The position numbers and the translations under genes were made by a program. The notes under the pieces are model-generated. The model was not told the DNA's origin. It did no database searches and saw only the letters and a program-made list of their open reading frames with translations. Positions 25,101-34,555 of a DNA stretch of 64,000 nt are shown here, in pieces. This stretch comes from Callorhinchus milii (taxonomy: Eukaryota). Positions within the stretch are counted from its first letter, which is position 1; each line of letters starts with the position of its first letter. The DNA is taken from contig NW_024704743.1 of NCBI RefSeq assembly GCF_018977255.1, positions 13,642,001 through 13,706,000 of the forward strand. Direction: 5' to 3'.

Positions 25101-25204
25101 CTTCCCCGCGAGGCGAGGAATCGGCAGCAGCCGCGGCCCGGCCCCGGGCGGCCCCCGAGCCTCGCCACCGCGGAGCCCACACCGACCGCGACCGCCCGGC
25201 TCAT
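4093..25204 (-). CDS. MCUR1: Mitochondrial calcium uniporter regulator 1, whole gene span (9 canonical exons, exons 4-5 present twice); 300 aa with one copy, 348 aa with both
   Basis: Manually spliced exons with GT-AG sites and consistent phases: 238+120+104+102+42+72+54+115+56 = 903 nt. Translation includes [66 protein letters not shown] and the C-terminal anchor [18 protein letters not shown], matching recalled MCUR1 better than CCDC90B. Confidence 0.95.
4603..4717 (-). CDS. MCUR1: MCUR1 exon 8 (115 nt)
   Basis: cttcag|...|gtaaga; encodes [38 protein letters not shown](G). Confidence 0.96.
5549..5602 (-). CDS. MCUR1: MCUR1 exon 7 (54 nt)
   Basis: cttcag|...|gtaaag; encodes [18 protein letters not shown]. 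Confidence 0.9.
6379..6450 (-). CDS. MCUR1: MCUR1 exon 6 (72 nt)
   Basis: ttacag|...|gtaaga; encodes [24 protein letters not shown]. Confidence 0.93.
7567..7670. repeat. Imperfect inverted repeat (hairpin), probably the centre of a palindromic MITE-like element (about 7420-7790)
   Basis: Left arm caacttccagttcattaggttgtcatgaatatcacttcctg pairs with right arm caggaagtgatattagcagtgacctaaatgatccagaagttg; 14-bp perfect core. An outer pair ttgggtccc/gggacccaa lies at about 7526/7773. Confidence 0.75.
7962..8200 (+). mobile_element. RTE-like LINE 3' fragment (duplicated at 12757-12995)
   Basis: Homologous to 20660-20895 and to the reverse complement of 50243-50480; ends cagctgaccaaaaa. Confidence 0.65.
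8277..8318 (-). CDS. MCUR1: MCUR1 exon 5, copy B (duplicate)
   Basis: Same sequence as 13072-13113 at offset 4795; splice sites intact. Confidence 0.9.
8490..10440 (-). mobile_element. L2 LINE, 5'-truncated and degenerate (duplicated at 13285-15235)
   Basis: RT motifs ([40 protein letters not shown]) and (TTG)n tail. Confidence 0.92.
10967..11068 (-). CDS. MCUR1: MCUR1 exon 4, copy B (duplicate)
   Basis: Same sequence as 15762-15863 at offset 4795; splice sites intact. Confidence 0.9.
11391..11960 (-). mobile_element. L2 LINE 3' fragment (duplicated at 16186-16755)
   Basis: LQIIQNSAA...[30 protein letters not shown] plus tail. Confidence 0.92.
13072..13113 (-). CDS. MCUR1: MCUR1 exon 5, copy A (42 nt)
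   Basis: ttctttctttcag|...|gtaagc; encodes [14 protein letters not shown]; phase 0/0. Confidence 0.9.
15762..15863 (-). CDS. MCUR1: MCUR1 exon 4, copy A (102 nt)
   Basis: tgcag|...|gtgaga; encodes [34 protein letters not shown]; phase 0/0. Confidence 0.93.
17747..17850 (-). CDS. MCUR1: MCUR1 exon 3 (104 nt)
   Basis: catag|...|gtaagg; encodes (G)[34 protein letters not shown]. Confidence 0.95.
18000..18595. mobile_element. SINE 3' tail (+, 18000-18103) beside an L2 3' fragment (-, 18180-18595)
   Basis: cagtcaattcactttac...gattattatt; [13 protein letters not shown]...[14 protein letters not shown]. Confidence 0.8.
19110..19985 (-). mobile_element. Old L2 3' fragment interrupted by a SINE
   Basis: L2 tail at about 19110-19160; ttgaaatcgatccattgg...gggag matches the WLP..RIDFK region. 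Confidence 0.7.
19376..19691 (+). mobile_element. Full-length tRNA(Ala)-like SINE, short variant
   Basis: A box TAGCTCAGTGG, B box GAGTTCAATTCC, L2-type tail gtgaagcgctttgggacgtc...aatgcaaggattattatt. Confidence 0.9.
19988..20895 (+). mobile_element. RTE-like LINE, about 900-bp 3' portion
   Basis: Colinear with the reverse complement of 50243-51125; ends ggctgaccaagaaa. Confidence 0.7.
21145..21264 (-). CDS. MCUR1: MCUR1 exon 2 (120 nt)
   Basis: tttcag|...|gtaagt; encodes [41 protein letters not shown] (head-domain FDTH motif). Confidence 0.95.
21580..21878 (+). mobile_element. tRNA-derived SINE, short variant
   Basis: Same head and tail as 19376-19691. Confidence 0.9.
21932..23980 (+). 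mobile_element. Young L2 LINE, 5'-truncated, a few frameshifts
   Basis: ORFs 21962-22897 and 23054-23824 carry [36 protein letters not shown] and NLGVLFD; YADD lies in the frameshifted part between them; (TTG)n tail. Confidence 0.97.
24296..24960. repeat. Compound repeat in MCUR1 intron 1: about 28-bp minisatellite containing (TACA)81 (24516-24839) and a SINE tail (-, 24325-24441)
   Basis: Unit acagtgatatacacacatacacacagac repeated on both sides of a pure TACA array. Confidence 0.95.
24967..25204 (-). CDS. MCUR1: MCUR1 exon 1 (79 aa + 1 nt; Arg/Gly/Ser-rich, presequence-like)
   Basis: ATG at 25204 with an in-frame TGA five codons upstream. Ends AGG G|gtgag; joining to exon 2 gives R-E-L-S, as in MCUR1 RELSLS. 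Lies in the CpG island. Confidence 0.85.
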
Positions 25205-25475
25205 CAGCGCCTGACGTCACTGCGGGCAGCCTGACGCCGCGCACGGTCCTCGCGCTGCAGCTCGCGCGCCTGTTCTCCCGGTGACGTCAGCAGTGTTCCC
25301 CCTCCCCCCCCCCGCGAGTCCACCGCGTCAGCGCCTGTGATTGACAGCGGGTCAGGCCATCCCGTCTGTACACGCGAGCGGCCGCCACCCAATGTTGGTA
25401 GATGGGGCGGGTTCACGCCTAATTGGGCGGGTTTGTCATGTGTTGGGCTTCAAGCATGGCTTTGGGCGGGTGGCC
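25205..25475 (-). promoter_or_regulatory. MCUR1 CpG-island promoter / 5' UTR
   Basis: CpG-dense from about 24960 to 25470. Two perfect CRE palindromes TGACGTCA (25212-25219, 25282-25289), TGATTGACAG (PBX/PKNOX-type, 25338-25347), CCAAT (25389-25393) and three GGGCGGG GC boxes (25404-25470). Confidence 0.8.
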
Positions 25476-25514
25476 TAATTTTAATTCTTTTACATTTAAA
25501 TGTTTGTTTGTCCT

Positions 25515-25870
25515 TTGAGGACATAAATATCCTTGTATTTGATATAACACCTTATCACGTCTTCGAGACGTCTCAAAGCGCTTCACAGAATAGACTGTAA
25601 AGTGACGTCCTCCTGACGTGAAAGGCGCTCTATAAATGGAATCTTGTTGTTGTTGTTGTTGTTGAATGGACTGTGTATTTTGTGGGCGAAACACAGCAGC
25701 CAATTGGGCACAGCAGTGAGTGTCCCACAAACAGTCATGAATTGAGTGGCCAAATTATTTATTTATTTTTTGGAAGGGATTATTATCCCCAGAAAAGCAA
25801 TCCGCCAATCAACTAACAACCGGGTTCCTACTTACTGCGAGGTGAACAAAGCCGTGGGTAAGGAAACTTG
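25515..25870 (-). mobile_element. SINE (long variant, head missing) with a nested L2 tail of about 60 bp (+, 25605-25663)
   Basis: SINE body interrupted by gacgtcctcctgacgtgaaaggcgctctataaatggaatc(ttg)n. Confidence 0.8.
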
Positions 25871-27879
25871 CCCTCTTACCACATAAAAACATTTTCAAGA
25901 TTCTCGGCCACATTTTCAAATGCCTCCATTGCATCGCTTCACTCTACCTTTGTCTTTTGCTGTGAAGCAGCTGCGGTTCTCTCTGTCTGCTCCAGCCCAC
26001 TGCTCCCCCTGCCTTCTATGCCCCCCATTGCCTGGAAATCCTCTGATGGACTAACCATCAAGTCACTCTGGCCCCGCTCTCTGGAAGTCCATCCTGGAGA
26101 ATCTGTCTCAGCCCCTCCATCTCGAAAACCCACCTTAAGTCTTCAACTGTTTTTAGCTACCATTCCCCTCCCCACCATCTTGGGCTCCGAATCAGCTGTG
26201 TGAAGTCCTTTGAATGTCCTCTACGTGAAAGTGGCTACACATTTGTAAATTGTTGTTCTGGTTTAAAATTAATGACCAATGTTGATGGCTGCTTTGCACT
26301 TGTTTTGATTGTAAATGGCACTGGCAACAATTCTCAAAGATGACAACCCTGAACACAACATCAAAATATACTGCAAAAAGAAAATGTTTGAACCCTTTGC
26401 CTTGTGAGAGAAAGACATGAATGCTTCTACTCATCAAGAAAAAATGTGCAAAAACATATTCAGAGGTCCTTGCATGTGTATATGGTAAACTCAGCTCACA
26501 GTATAATCACTAATAACAATCTCTGATTCACAGTGCTGATGAGCAGTACATTGATAAGGCAAAATGATAGGTCAATAAATCATATTTTCTTGGTTTACTT
26601 TAACTCTAAAGAGCTTATGCTTACCTACACAACGCCCCTTCTGATTTTATTTAAAAAAGAACGATGCTCAATTTGTCAATGTCAAAAAGGGTTCAATCAA
26701 CTTGAAGCAATTCATCGTTTGAAATACTGTACCTGGATCAGATACTTTCAGTCATGTTTTTTCCAAAGAAAACACCAGATGCAGAATCAGGCCCTTTCCC
26801 ACGAGGAGGTTGAGAAAAAATCAGATGGTCAGGTGTATTACCCTAGCTTGTTTGCAGATCTTCACAGTTACAGAGTGGCAGTGTTGTTGTGCTGGAAGAA
26901 GATCGCCCAGTGTCTCTCTTCATTGGAAGCCATATATTAAGAGTGCAAAGTACAGGATCTGCACTCAAGAAAGGAATTATCCTATTACCCAATATTTGAT
27001 CTATGAAATAAAGAGCATCAATGTGCACCACGCAGTATACAAATGTAAGCCACTACGCAGATAGCGAACATTTTCATTTGCAATTATTGAAACTAGAAGA
27101 GGTTTTAATAGTTGCTATTTTTCCGGAAAAACATAATTTTCCCAGCATGACAGGTGCTATATTAATGTAAATTGTGGTTGTTTTAATTCTTTATTATAAA
27201 TAAATCAATAATAAACAACGCTTACATTTGATAGAGCGCCTTTTCATATTGGGAAGACGTCTCAATGTGCTTTAAAAGATTTAGTGTAAATTGTATGACT
27301 GTGTATTTTGTAGGAAAACTAGTATATAATATTTTTCCAAGATGTCAGAAGTTAAAAGTTAGTAGTTATGGACTGGTTGACATTCAAATTAAAAAAATAA
27401 AAGTGTCACAGATTAATAATGTCAGTGGGAGCTCCTTATCAGAATTGTATTTTATCTGTACTGAGATCTGACTTCATCTGTAGATACTGTGGTAAAATTA
27501 ATAAGCTTCTGTAATACTCAGCTTTTGCTTGGACAACTTTGTGACAGAACAAGAGGTGAATGAACACCAATGTGTTAGCCTGTTTAAATTTGTTGAGTGA
27601 TATTTGACATGTCATCTTCAAAAAGGAAACTCAGAAAAGTAATCTTGAATTCCCGGGGAAGCTGTTCAACAGTGGTTGAATGAGGAACTCAACAGGTAGC
27701 TTCAGATTTTTATATTTAACAAGTTTTTCCTTATGTGAACTTCAGTCATTTTAGTTATCATGTGTCACTGGCACTGTGGCCTGTGTGACACTGTCACCGT
27801 TTGAATTTCTATCCAGAGTTATTTCCGCATCTTATATTCTAACAACAGGAAATGTGACAAGATCACAAGCGAAGTTTAA

Positions 27880-29250
27880 AAGCAAAAAAAATTTACAGCA
27901 CAAAAGGCAATTTGGCCCATTGTGTCTATCCTGGCTCTTTTAAGGTGCAAATCTTTTAGTCCCATTTACATGCCCTTTCCCCATACCCCTCTAGTTTACT
28001 CCTTAATTTGAATGAAGAAAACCCTTTCACCCTTATGATTTCATCCTTCCAGAATAGCCTCATTCCCATCACAGAATCAGACTATTCCTTAAGTGAATCC
28101 AGCATCTTGGCTCCAACTCCTTTCCTCTCTCCAGTGTTAGAGATGAGTTGTGATGAAGTTGGGCTCATCAGAGATTTGTTCCAGTCATTAACTGCCCTCC
28201 AGGTAAACATATACTTCCTGGTGAGTGTCCTAAAATTACTGTTCATAAACTGACCCTGTCCCTTCCTGTCCTTAGCATATCAAAAAGTATTAATCTGTAA
28301 TTAACTCTTCAATCCCATTTAATGTTTTATATATCTTTAAAAGATCCCTCTCTGAGTGGTTTTATTTCTCTGATGAGCTCATCTCTAACACTGGAGGAAG
28401 GAGTGGGTATTTCTCTCAAGTCCTGGTTGATCTAAATTTGCGAATTTTGAGATGTTTATGTCTGTGTGGGATTCATTCACCTCTCACTTCATAAATAACA
28501 ATACGTTTCAGTGCCTTGGGACATCCTACCAATGTGAAAGGCACCATACAAATGTAAGTTATTGCTGAGGTTTGTACTAGATGTCAACAGATCACAGATC
28601 TAAACATTTCCTGAGTATTGTACAGAGAATGGCTGGTGAACAATCATCTTACCTATTACAATGGTATACAACAGACCACCTTTTAGATTATAACAACAGT
28701 TTGCACAAAAATAATATTTTTCACATAACATGAAAATCTCAAAGTAGCACAGACTATGACTCATAGGTTGAGATGTTGATAGTTCTGTGTTGCTTTTCAT
28801 TCCGCAGATATTATTTCTTTTTTTTCAAAAGCTGGGTGGAGCAGGAGTGTGAGCACACTATGCCCAGGGAATGCTCTGTTGCTCTGCCCCTGGAGATGTT
28901 TCCTTGCTATCAAAGTCATGGTCAAAAGAGAATGCGGGCAGACTCCCTCACTACACTGACTTGTGGCCAACATTCTTTTCATTATATACTGCCAAAAATG
29001 TATAATGAGAAAAACAGCGTAAAAGAACGCAAGTGTTCTAATTACTGGATCTCTTCACACAGGTGAGAATGTAGAACTCACTGTTGGAAGCTGTGGTTGA
29101 AGCAAAAAGGCTCAATGCATTTAATGGAAACGTGATGCATACATGAGGGAGAGAGGAATAGAGGGGAGGCGATTAGGAAGGATTGGGGCTTAGGAGGAGT
29201 ATAAACACCAAATGGATTAGTTAGAAATGGCTTATTTCAGTGCCCTATGA
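27880..29250. mobile_element. Degenerate CR1 3' fragments (- about 27880-28400; + about 29050-29250)
   Basis: Similar to the CR1 3' ends at 36.0, 46.7 and 51.9 kb. Confidence 0.55.
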
Positions 29251-30245
29251 AAATGCTCTATAAATCTTTGTGATGCTATGTGATTAGAGACTATAAGGAA
29301 TTTCAAAATATTTGCTAAACTTTTTTTAATAACATACTTAAAAATGATTTGTGTTTATTTAATATTCATCTGCTGCTGATTTTATAATCGTATTCATTCT
29401 AGCAATTTATCTTGTAAATCTGGGTCCAATTAATATTTTCCACCTTCCAGAGTGAGATTGATGGCATATCTGATGCCTACATTTAATCTTGATGCAGCCA
29501 TCCGCTTGGTGAGATTCCAGGCCCTGTAATACTGTAAAGGCTGATAGAGAAGAGCATTTCCACTGTAGCTGCTACAATCAGCTAACTCAACAACCAGGGT
29601 TACAACCTGGGACCTCCAGGGGTGGGAGGAGAGCTCCAACATTTATTTTATGCTTCAGTTTATATATTACGCAAATTAATTACTGCATTATTTTATTCAT
29701 AAGGCACTTTATAAACAATCTTGGTTGAATGATGATTTGTCATGGATACTCTTAAACCTGGTGATGGGTTTACACATGTATCAGACACCCAGCTGACGCC
29801 CCAAAAATGTACAGACAGAATGAACAGTGATGATTAAAAGGTGATCTCTGTCCTCAATGTGGAATTGTTTCATGAGGTGGATTCCATTCAGCAGTATTAA
29901 TATTTCACCCACAAAACATACAGTCAATTCACTTTACAATATATTCTGTGAAGCGCTTTGAGATGTCTCAGAGATGTAATATCAAATGCAAGGATTATAT
30001 ATGTATACTGGAAAAAAACAACACACTGCCTTTTGTCCTAATATTTAAAACCAACTGTATGACAACTTATCCCTACTGTACCTTTAGAATGATTAAAAAA
30101 AGACAAATGTTAGTTCAGCTTCAGGTTTATGTTGCACGGTAAAGACTAGAGCAGTACGTATCAGATAACAGTTTATAGAATAAATCGCTGCAAAACACAC
30201 GCAGAAGTTTACACCAATTCACATTTCGCCTTTTCCTCCACTGTA

Positions 30246-30251
30246 CTGTGT

Positions 30252-30282
<31 letters not shown>

Positions 30283-30513
30283 GGGGGGGACTAGAAATGT
30301 GAACAGTTTTATTCTTACACTTTTATTAGTTATGCTTTTGTCTGTTCTTATTCCTTAAATATAACTCATCGGTTAATCTGATTACACATAACTCACATTA
30401 AATATATCAACCTTTTGCGTTGATACAAAGGGGATGGGGTGTGTGTGGGTGGGTGTGTGTGGCTGTGTGTGTGTGTGTGGGTGTTTGTGTGTGGGTGTTT
30501 GTGTGTGGGTGTC

Positions 30514-30562
<49 letters not shown>

Positions 30563-30581
30563 GTGTGTGGGGGGTGGGGGG
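30246..30581. repeat. (GT)n + G24 run, and a degenerate (GT)n tract near the RGS9BP-like 3' end
   Basis: Seen directly at 30246-30289 and about 30437-30581. Confidence 0.9.
30308..30327 (-). terminator. Candidate polyA signals for the RGS9BP-like gene (two AATAAA)
   Basis: tttatt at 30308 and 30322 on the plus strand, about 510-530 nt after the stop. Confidence 0.4.
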
Positions 30582-30836
30582 ATCACTATATATATCCATA
30601 CAAAGCTTTACACAACAGTCTTTCTTTTGTTCCTTTGGCTTTTGGCAAATATAAGTGAAGAAGACTCTTACTGTACTTGTGCACCAAATCAGCCCGTGCA
30701 TCGGTCTCTGGGGACCAACACGGGGTGTCGCTCACGGTGTGTATACAGTAAACCGCCCAGTCAGTCGGTAAACTGCTGAAGGACCGGTTGGTGAGCTGAG
30801 TCCTCCCGGAGCTCCCGGTGCTGTGGAGAGGAGCGA

Positions 30837-31601
30837 TCAGGCGAAGGTCGCCACACAAACCGATAAGACAACAGCGACCAGTGCTGCGGTGCAGAGGGCC
30901 ATGACCACCAGCCACTTCTCTCGGTCGCAGCACTCTCTCCTCCTCACCTCGTCCTCCGAGGACAGCAGAGCAGTGGAAGAGAAGTCGTTGCTCACCACCG
31001 AATGTATCTCCTCTCCCTTGGCTTCCACAGTCCACCTCAGGACGTTCACCTTCATCTCCATGTCCTCCGCCATCCTGTCCACCTCCCCGATCTGCTCCTC
31101 CAGCTCCTGCAGCTGCAGCCTTTCCGAGTTGGGTGAGGTCTGATGGACGAGGTTCTGGACGCTCAAAGCTCTGGCGGTCACTTCGGAGGTGTCTCCGCAC
31201 ATCCCGGTCTGGATCAAGGGTCTCTCGGCCCCGGAGAGGGGGAAGCTCTGCCCCAGGTCCAACACCTTGCACATGTCTATGTGGAACACCTCCAGGTTGG
31301 AGGAGAAGAGAACCCAAAGGCGCTCCATCTCCGGGCGCTCCTCTTTGCTCAGCTCCGTGTCCCTCAGCACCGCCGTCAGGTTGGTCCTGATGGCCGCTGC
31401 CAACTCCTGGGCTCTCTCCCTGGTTCTCCGCAGCTCATCTCTCAGGTTGGTGGAGTCAGACGACCCCCCCAGGTTGACCGCCAGGTGTTTGTAGCAGCCG
31501 ATCACCTTGTTGAGAGACTGGACCAGCGCCTTGCACTCACCCCTCGCCCTCTCCGACTTGGCGGTGCCTTCATCTGCCACCTTGGTGCTGTGGATCGGCA
31601 T
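30837..31601 (-). CDS. RGS9BP: RGS9-binding protein (R9AP) family member, single coding exon, 254 aa with C-terminal TM anchor
   Basis: ECKALVQSLNKVIGCYKHLAVNLGGSSDSTNLRDELRRTRERAQELA, ERLWVLFSS, DMEMKVNVLRWTVEA and a hydrophobic tail match the R9AP family. Intact, GC-rich ORF. Probably a paralog rather than the ortholog of mammalian RGS9BP. Confidence 0.93.
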   Translation of the reverse strand: MPIHSTKVADEGTAKSERARGECKALVQSLNKVIGCYKHLAVNLGGSSDSTNLRDELRRTRERAQELAAAIRTNLTAVLRDTELSKEERPEMERLWVLFSSNLEVFHIDMCKVLDLGQSFPLSGAERPLIQTGMCGDTSEVTARALSVQNLVHQTSPNSERLQLQELEEQIGEVDRMAEDMEMKVNVLRWTVEAKGEEIHSVVSNDFSSTALLSSEDEVRRRECCDREKWLVVMALCTAALVAVVLSVCVATFA

Positions 31602-31694
31602 AGAGATGTGGGTTCAGCCTCAGCGCCCTGTGTCCTCCCGGAAATCACACCCCAACAGCCGACCCCAAGACAAGAAACATTTAGCTCAGACAGT

Positions 31695-31854
31695 GCAGCT
31701 CAGCTCAGCTCAGCTCAGAGCAGCTCCGCTCCGCTCAGCTCAGCTCACGGGGATTGGCACTTGTGTTGGGAAGGTGTCCCCAGCGGAGGCAGCGCCTCTC
31801 ACCAGCCTTCGTGGCACAGTCTAGAAATCCATCAAAAGTTATCGGTGCAGCAAC

Positions 31855-31888
<34 letters not shown>

Positions 31889-32073
31889 GAGCAGTTTGTA
31901 TCGCCGACCCGCACTCTCTGGATCTCTGTGGTGCTGTTCAGCCTTTGCGCCCTCTTCCTCCCTCTCCTCACTGACTGTACCTCGGCCGCTCCGGGCAGAT
32001 CGGCAGCTTTATTTCTCCAAATATTACAGACCTTCCCGAGTGACTGACTGTGACTGACTGTGACTGACTGACT
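31695..32073. repeat. Simple repeats 5' of the RGS9BP-like ORF: (CAGCT)n, (CA)n, (TGAC/TGTGAC)n
   Basis: About 31695-31746, 31856-31885 and 32040-32073. Confidence 0.85.
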
Positions 32074-32770
32074 GCGCTCCACTCCGACTTCAAGCCAATC
32101 TCAGGAGATTACAGCGCACCGTGTGACGCAGGGGCCGGGAAAGGAGCTGTAACCTGACTGCACACGTGTGTTTCATGTGTCCCCATGTACCAGTTGCTGG
32201 TCCCTGTGCAGACAGATCTTGCACAGCTCAGCACTCTTCAACTGGCTGCCTTATTTCACCCACAAAATACAGTCATTCCACTTTACCGTATATCCCGCGA
32301 AGCGCTTTGAGATGTCTCGATGACACGATAAGGCGCTATGTCAATGCAACGATTATTATTATTATTATTATTATTATTATTTATTTTGCTGACGAAGCCT
32401 TTGCGCCGACTCCATCAGAAAGTTGCCACATTATTTCTGGTCTATTTTCATATCTGCTCATCTGGGGCTCAGTGATCCTGGGAGGAAATAAAACTAAAAT
32501 TACTGCATTTAGTATCATAAAATTGCATAGAGCCTACAGCACCCTGGTCATATATTACTCCACATGAGCCTCCTCCCATCCTAACCACCCCATCCCTAGC
32601 CTCCCCACCATACACCCCTTTATTCCTGTGGGCATTAAATCCAGGAGTCTACTTGCATTCTTTATAGCCTTATGTTATATTAGGCCTGTGTTATTACTTT
32701 CAGAGATTTATTAATCTGAATTCCCAGATCTCTTTGCTCCACTAACACTTTTAGCCTCTTACCATCTAAG

Positions 32771-32953
32771 ACGGTGGTAACTAACCTTTGTGGTCGGCCA
32801 ACAAAATTTATGCCATGAATCAAGACATATTCAATCAAGCAAGAACAGAAGGCACACCACGGACTTACCTAGCTCGTGCGAATGTTCAGGGATAGCTTAT
32901 TGACAGCCCCTCTGGCCACTTCCGGCCCGTGGGCCACAGGCTGTCCACCACTG
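32771..32953. mobile_element. Possible hAT/Charlie-type MITE inserted in a CR1 fragment
   Basis: Right end ggcccgtgggccacaggctgtccaccactg is a Charlie-like TIR; left end cggtggtaactaacctt is degenerate; flanks atctaaga/attgaagg resemble a decayed 8-bp TSD. Confidence 0.45.
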
Positions 32954-33609
32954 ATTGAAGGCATAATCGCCTTATTTATATTGCTCTTTCGAAGTGAATA
33001 ATTTCACATTTTTCTATATTGAACTTCGTCTACTCCCTATCTGTCCATTCTACAAGCCTATTTATATTTATCTACATAAGTTTCTAAAACTAGAATATTT
33101 AGTGTCAATGGAACTGAAGTTACTGTATTTAATAACTATGGAACCAAAGTTAATATCGAGTGCCAATGGAACTAAAGTTATAGTATTTAATATCCTACAA
33201 AGGATCAAATGAAATAGCAAAGCAAAACTTCTTGCAATTGCATTGATAACGTTTTGAATAATCCAGTGAACAGATATCATAATTGTGAAGTTTGTGGAGG
33301 ATTACTTATGGAGAAGAATGTTTATAACATGCTACAAGTTGTGTAATCTTGTGAAAACAATGACGACTCAGGTGAATTTATTATCGTCACCAAGGATGGA
33401 CTATGCCCAGAGCGCACAAATTTTCATATTCTATCCAGACTTTACATGGCCTTTATTAAAAGTGTGTTTGGCTCATTTGGCATGTTAAGGCCACACTGAT
33501 AGATGGGTGACAGTGACAGATGGGTAGGACTGATTCTTGTTTGAATGTGGATGCTTGCAACTCTCTGGTTACTCATGGGAGGAGGGGTGGGAGGAGGTGG
33601 ACACACAGC

Positions 33610-33965
33610 TATTCTCAACAGTGCTTGCATTTGATATAATGCTTTACTATTAAGATGCCTCAAAACACTTCACAGGAGTTCCTCTGATGCATAGTGACTG
33701 CATATTTGTAGGCAAACATGGCAGTATCTTTGTGCACAGCAATGTCTTACAAACAGCCATGAAATTAATGATCAATTTTGTACCTGGATGATTGTTGGCC
33801 AGGACAATGGGTGAAGCTTCTTTCTCTTTTCAAATAGTGTCAGGGATTTTTAACATCCATATGAATAGGTAGACTGGACCTTGGCTTAATGTCTCATTCA
33901 AAGCACGGCACCCCTGACAATGCAGAGCATCCCCAGCACTGCACTGGAGTAAATGTGAACCTCCA
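33610..33965 (-). mobile_element. DeuSINE-like element
   Basis: Reverse complement contains gaatgagacattaagccaaggtccag...gatgttaaaaatccctgacactatttg and an L2-type tail. Confidence 0.75.
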
Positions 33966-34555
33966 CTCCTTGGGGGAAAGGTAAGCAAGATCTTCTTGGA
34001 GCTAATCTGCCTCCAAGGTGACATGCCTGGCAATGGAATGTTGGAATCAAGTCTCTGTGGGTGTCTTGGTCATCCGGTTCCTGAGCCAGGCAGGTCCGCA
34101 GTACTCCAGGGCATAGCTGATGACAGACCAATCAGTATGGCTCATCGGCAGGACTTGGAGGGGCAGACTGTTTGCTCGGGGCTGAGATTCTTTGCACTCA
34201 GCTACTGTTAACCTCACAAGGCAAGCCTTAACAGTAGGGTGGTCCAAATTAGACAAGCAGTGGGAAGTTTATTAGACCGTGTTTTCAATGGCAAGCCATG
34301 TTTTATTAGCTGGTAAAACTCCAGCAGTACCCCAAAGCACACTATGGGGTCCCCAAGCTTTAGCTCTTGCCAATTTGCGACTAATACTTTCCTGAATTAG
34401 ATAAAGAGGATGCGTTCTTCCAGATAGAGAGACGTTCCATTCTGCTACGTGGGAATTTCCAAGTGTGGGTGGGATGCATGAAACTGTCTGTTTTTGATAC
34501 TTAAGCATGGTGATTCTGCAGTTTTTGCAGATACGTATCTGACCCAATAAAGAAA
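33965..34555 (+). mobile_element. RTE-like LINE 3' portion
   Basis: Homologous to 20310-20895; ends tctgacccaataaagaaa. Confidence 0.7.

Noticed and set aside
24366..25182. Long ORFs of MYVC/HTYI repeats
   Set aside because: Translations of the TACA microsatellite. Only 25204-24967 of the 24485-25204 ORF is real (MCUR1 exon 1); the rest reads through the splice donor.
4093..25204. Calling the gene CCDC90B
   Set aside because: Residues such as [26 protein letters not shown] and [15 protein letters not shown] match recalled MCUR1 rather than CCDC90B ([21 protein letters not shown]).
26533..27064. 135-aa and 84-aa plus-strand ORFs divergent from the MCUR1 promoter
   Set aside because: No recognisable homology or coding-like composition; a divergent lncRNA cannot be supported from sequence alone.
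30586..32057. Overlapping 243-aa and 304-aa ORFs around the R9AP gene
   Set aside because: Alternative-frame or antisense shadows of a GC-rich CDS plus simple repeats; no recognisable domain.
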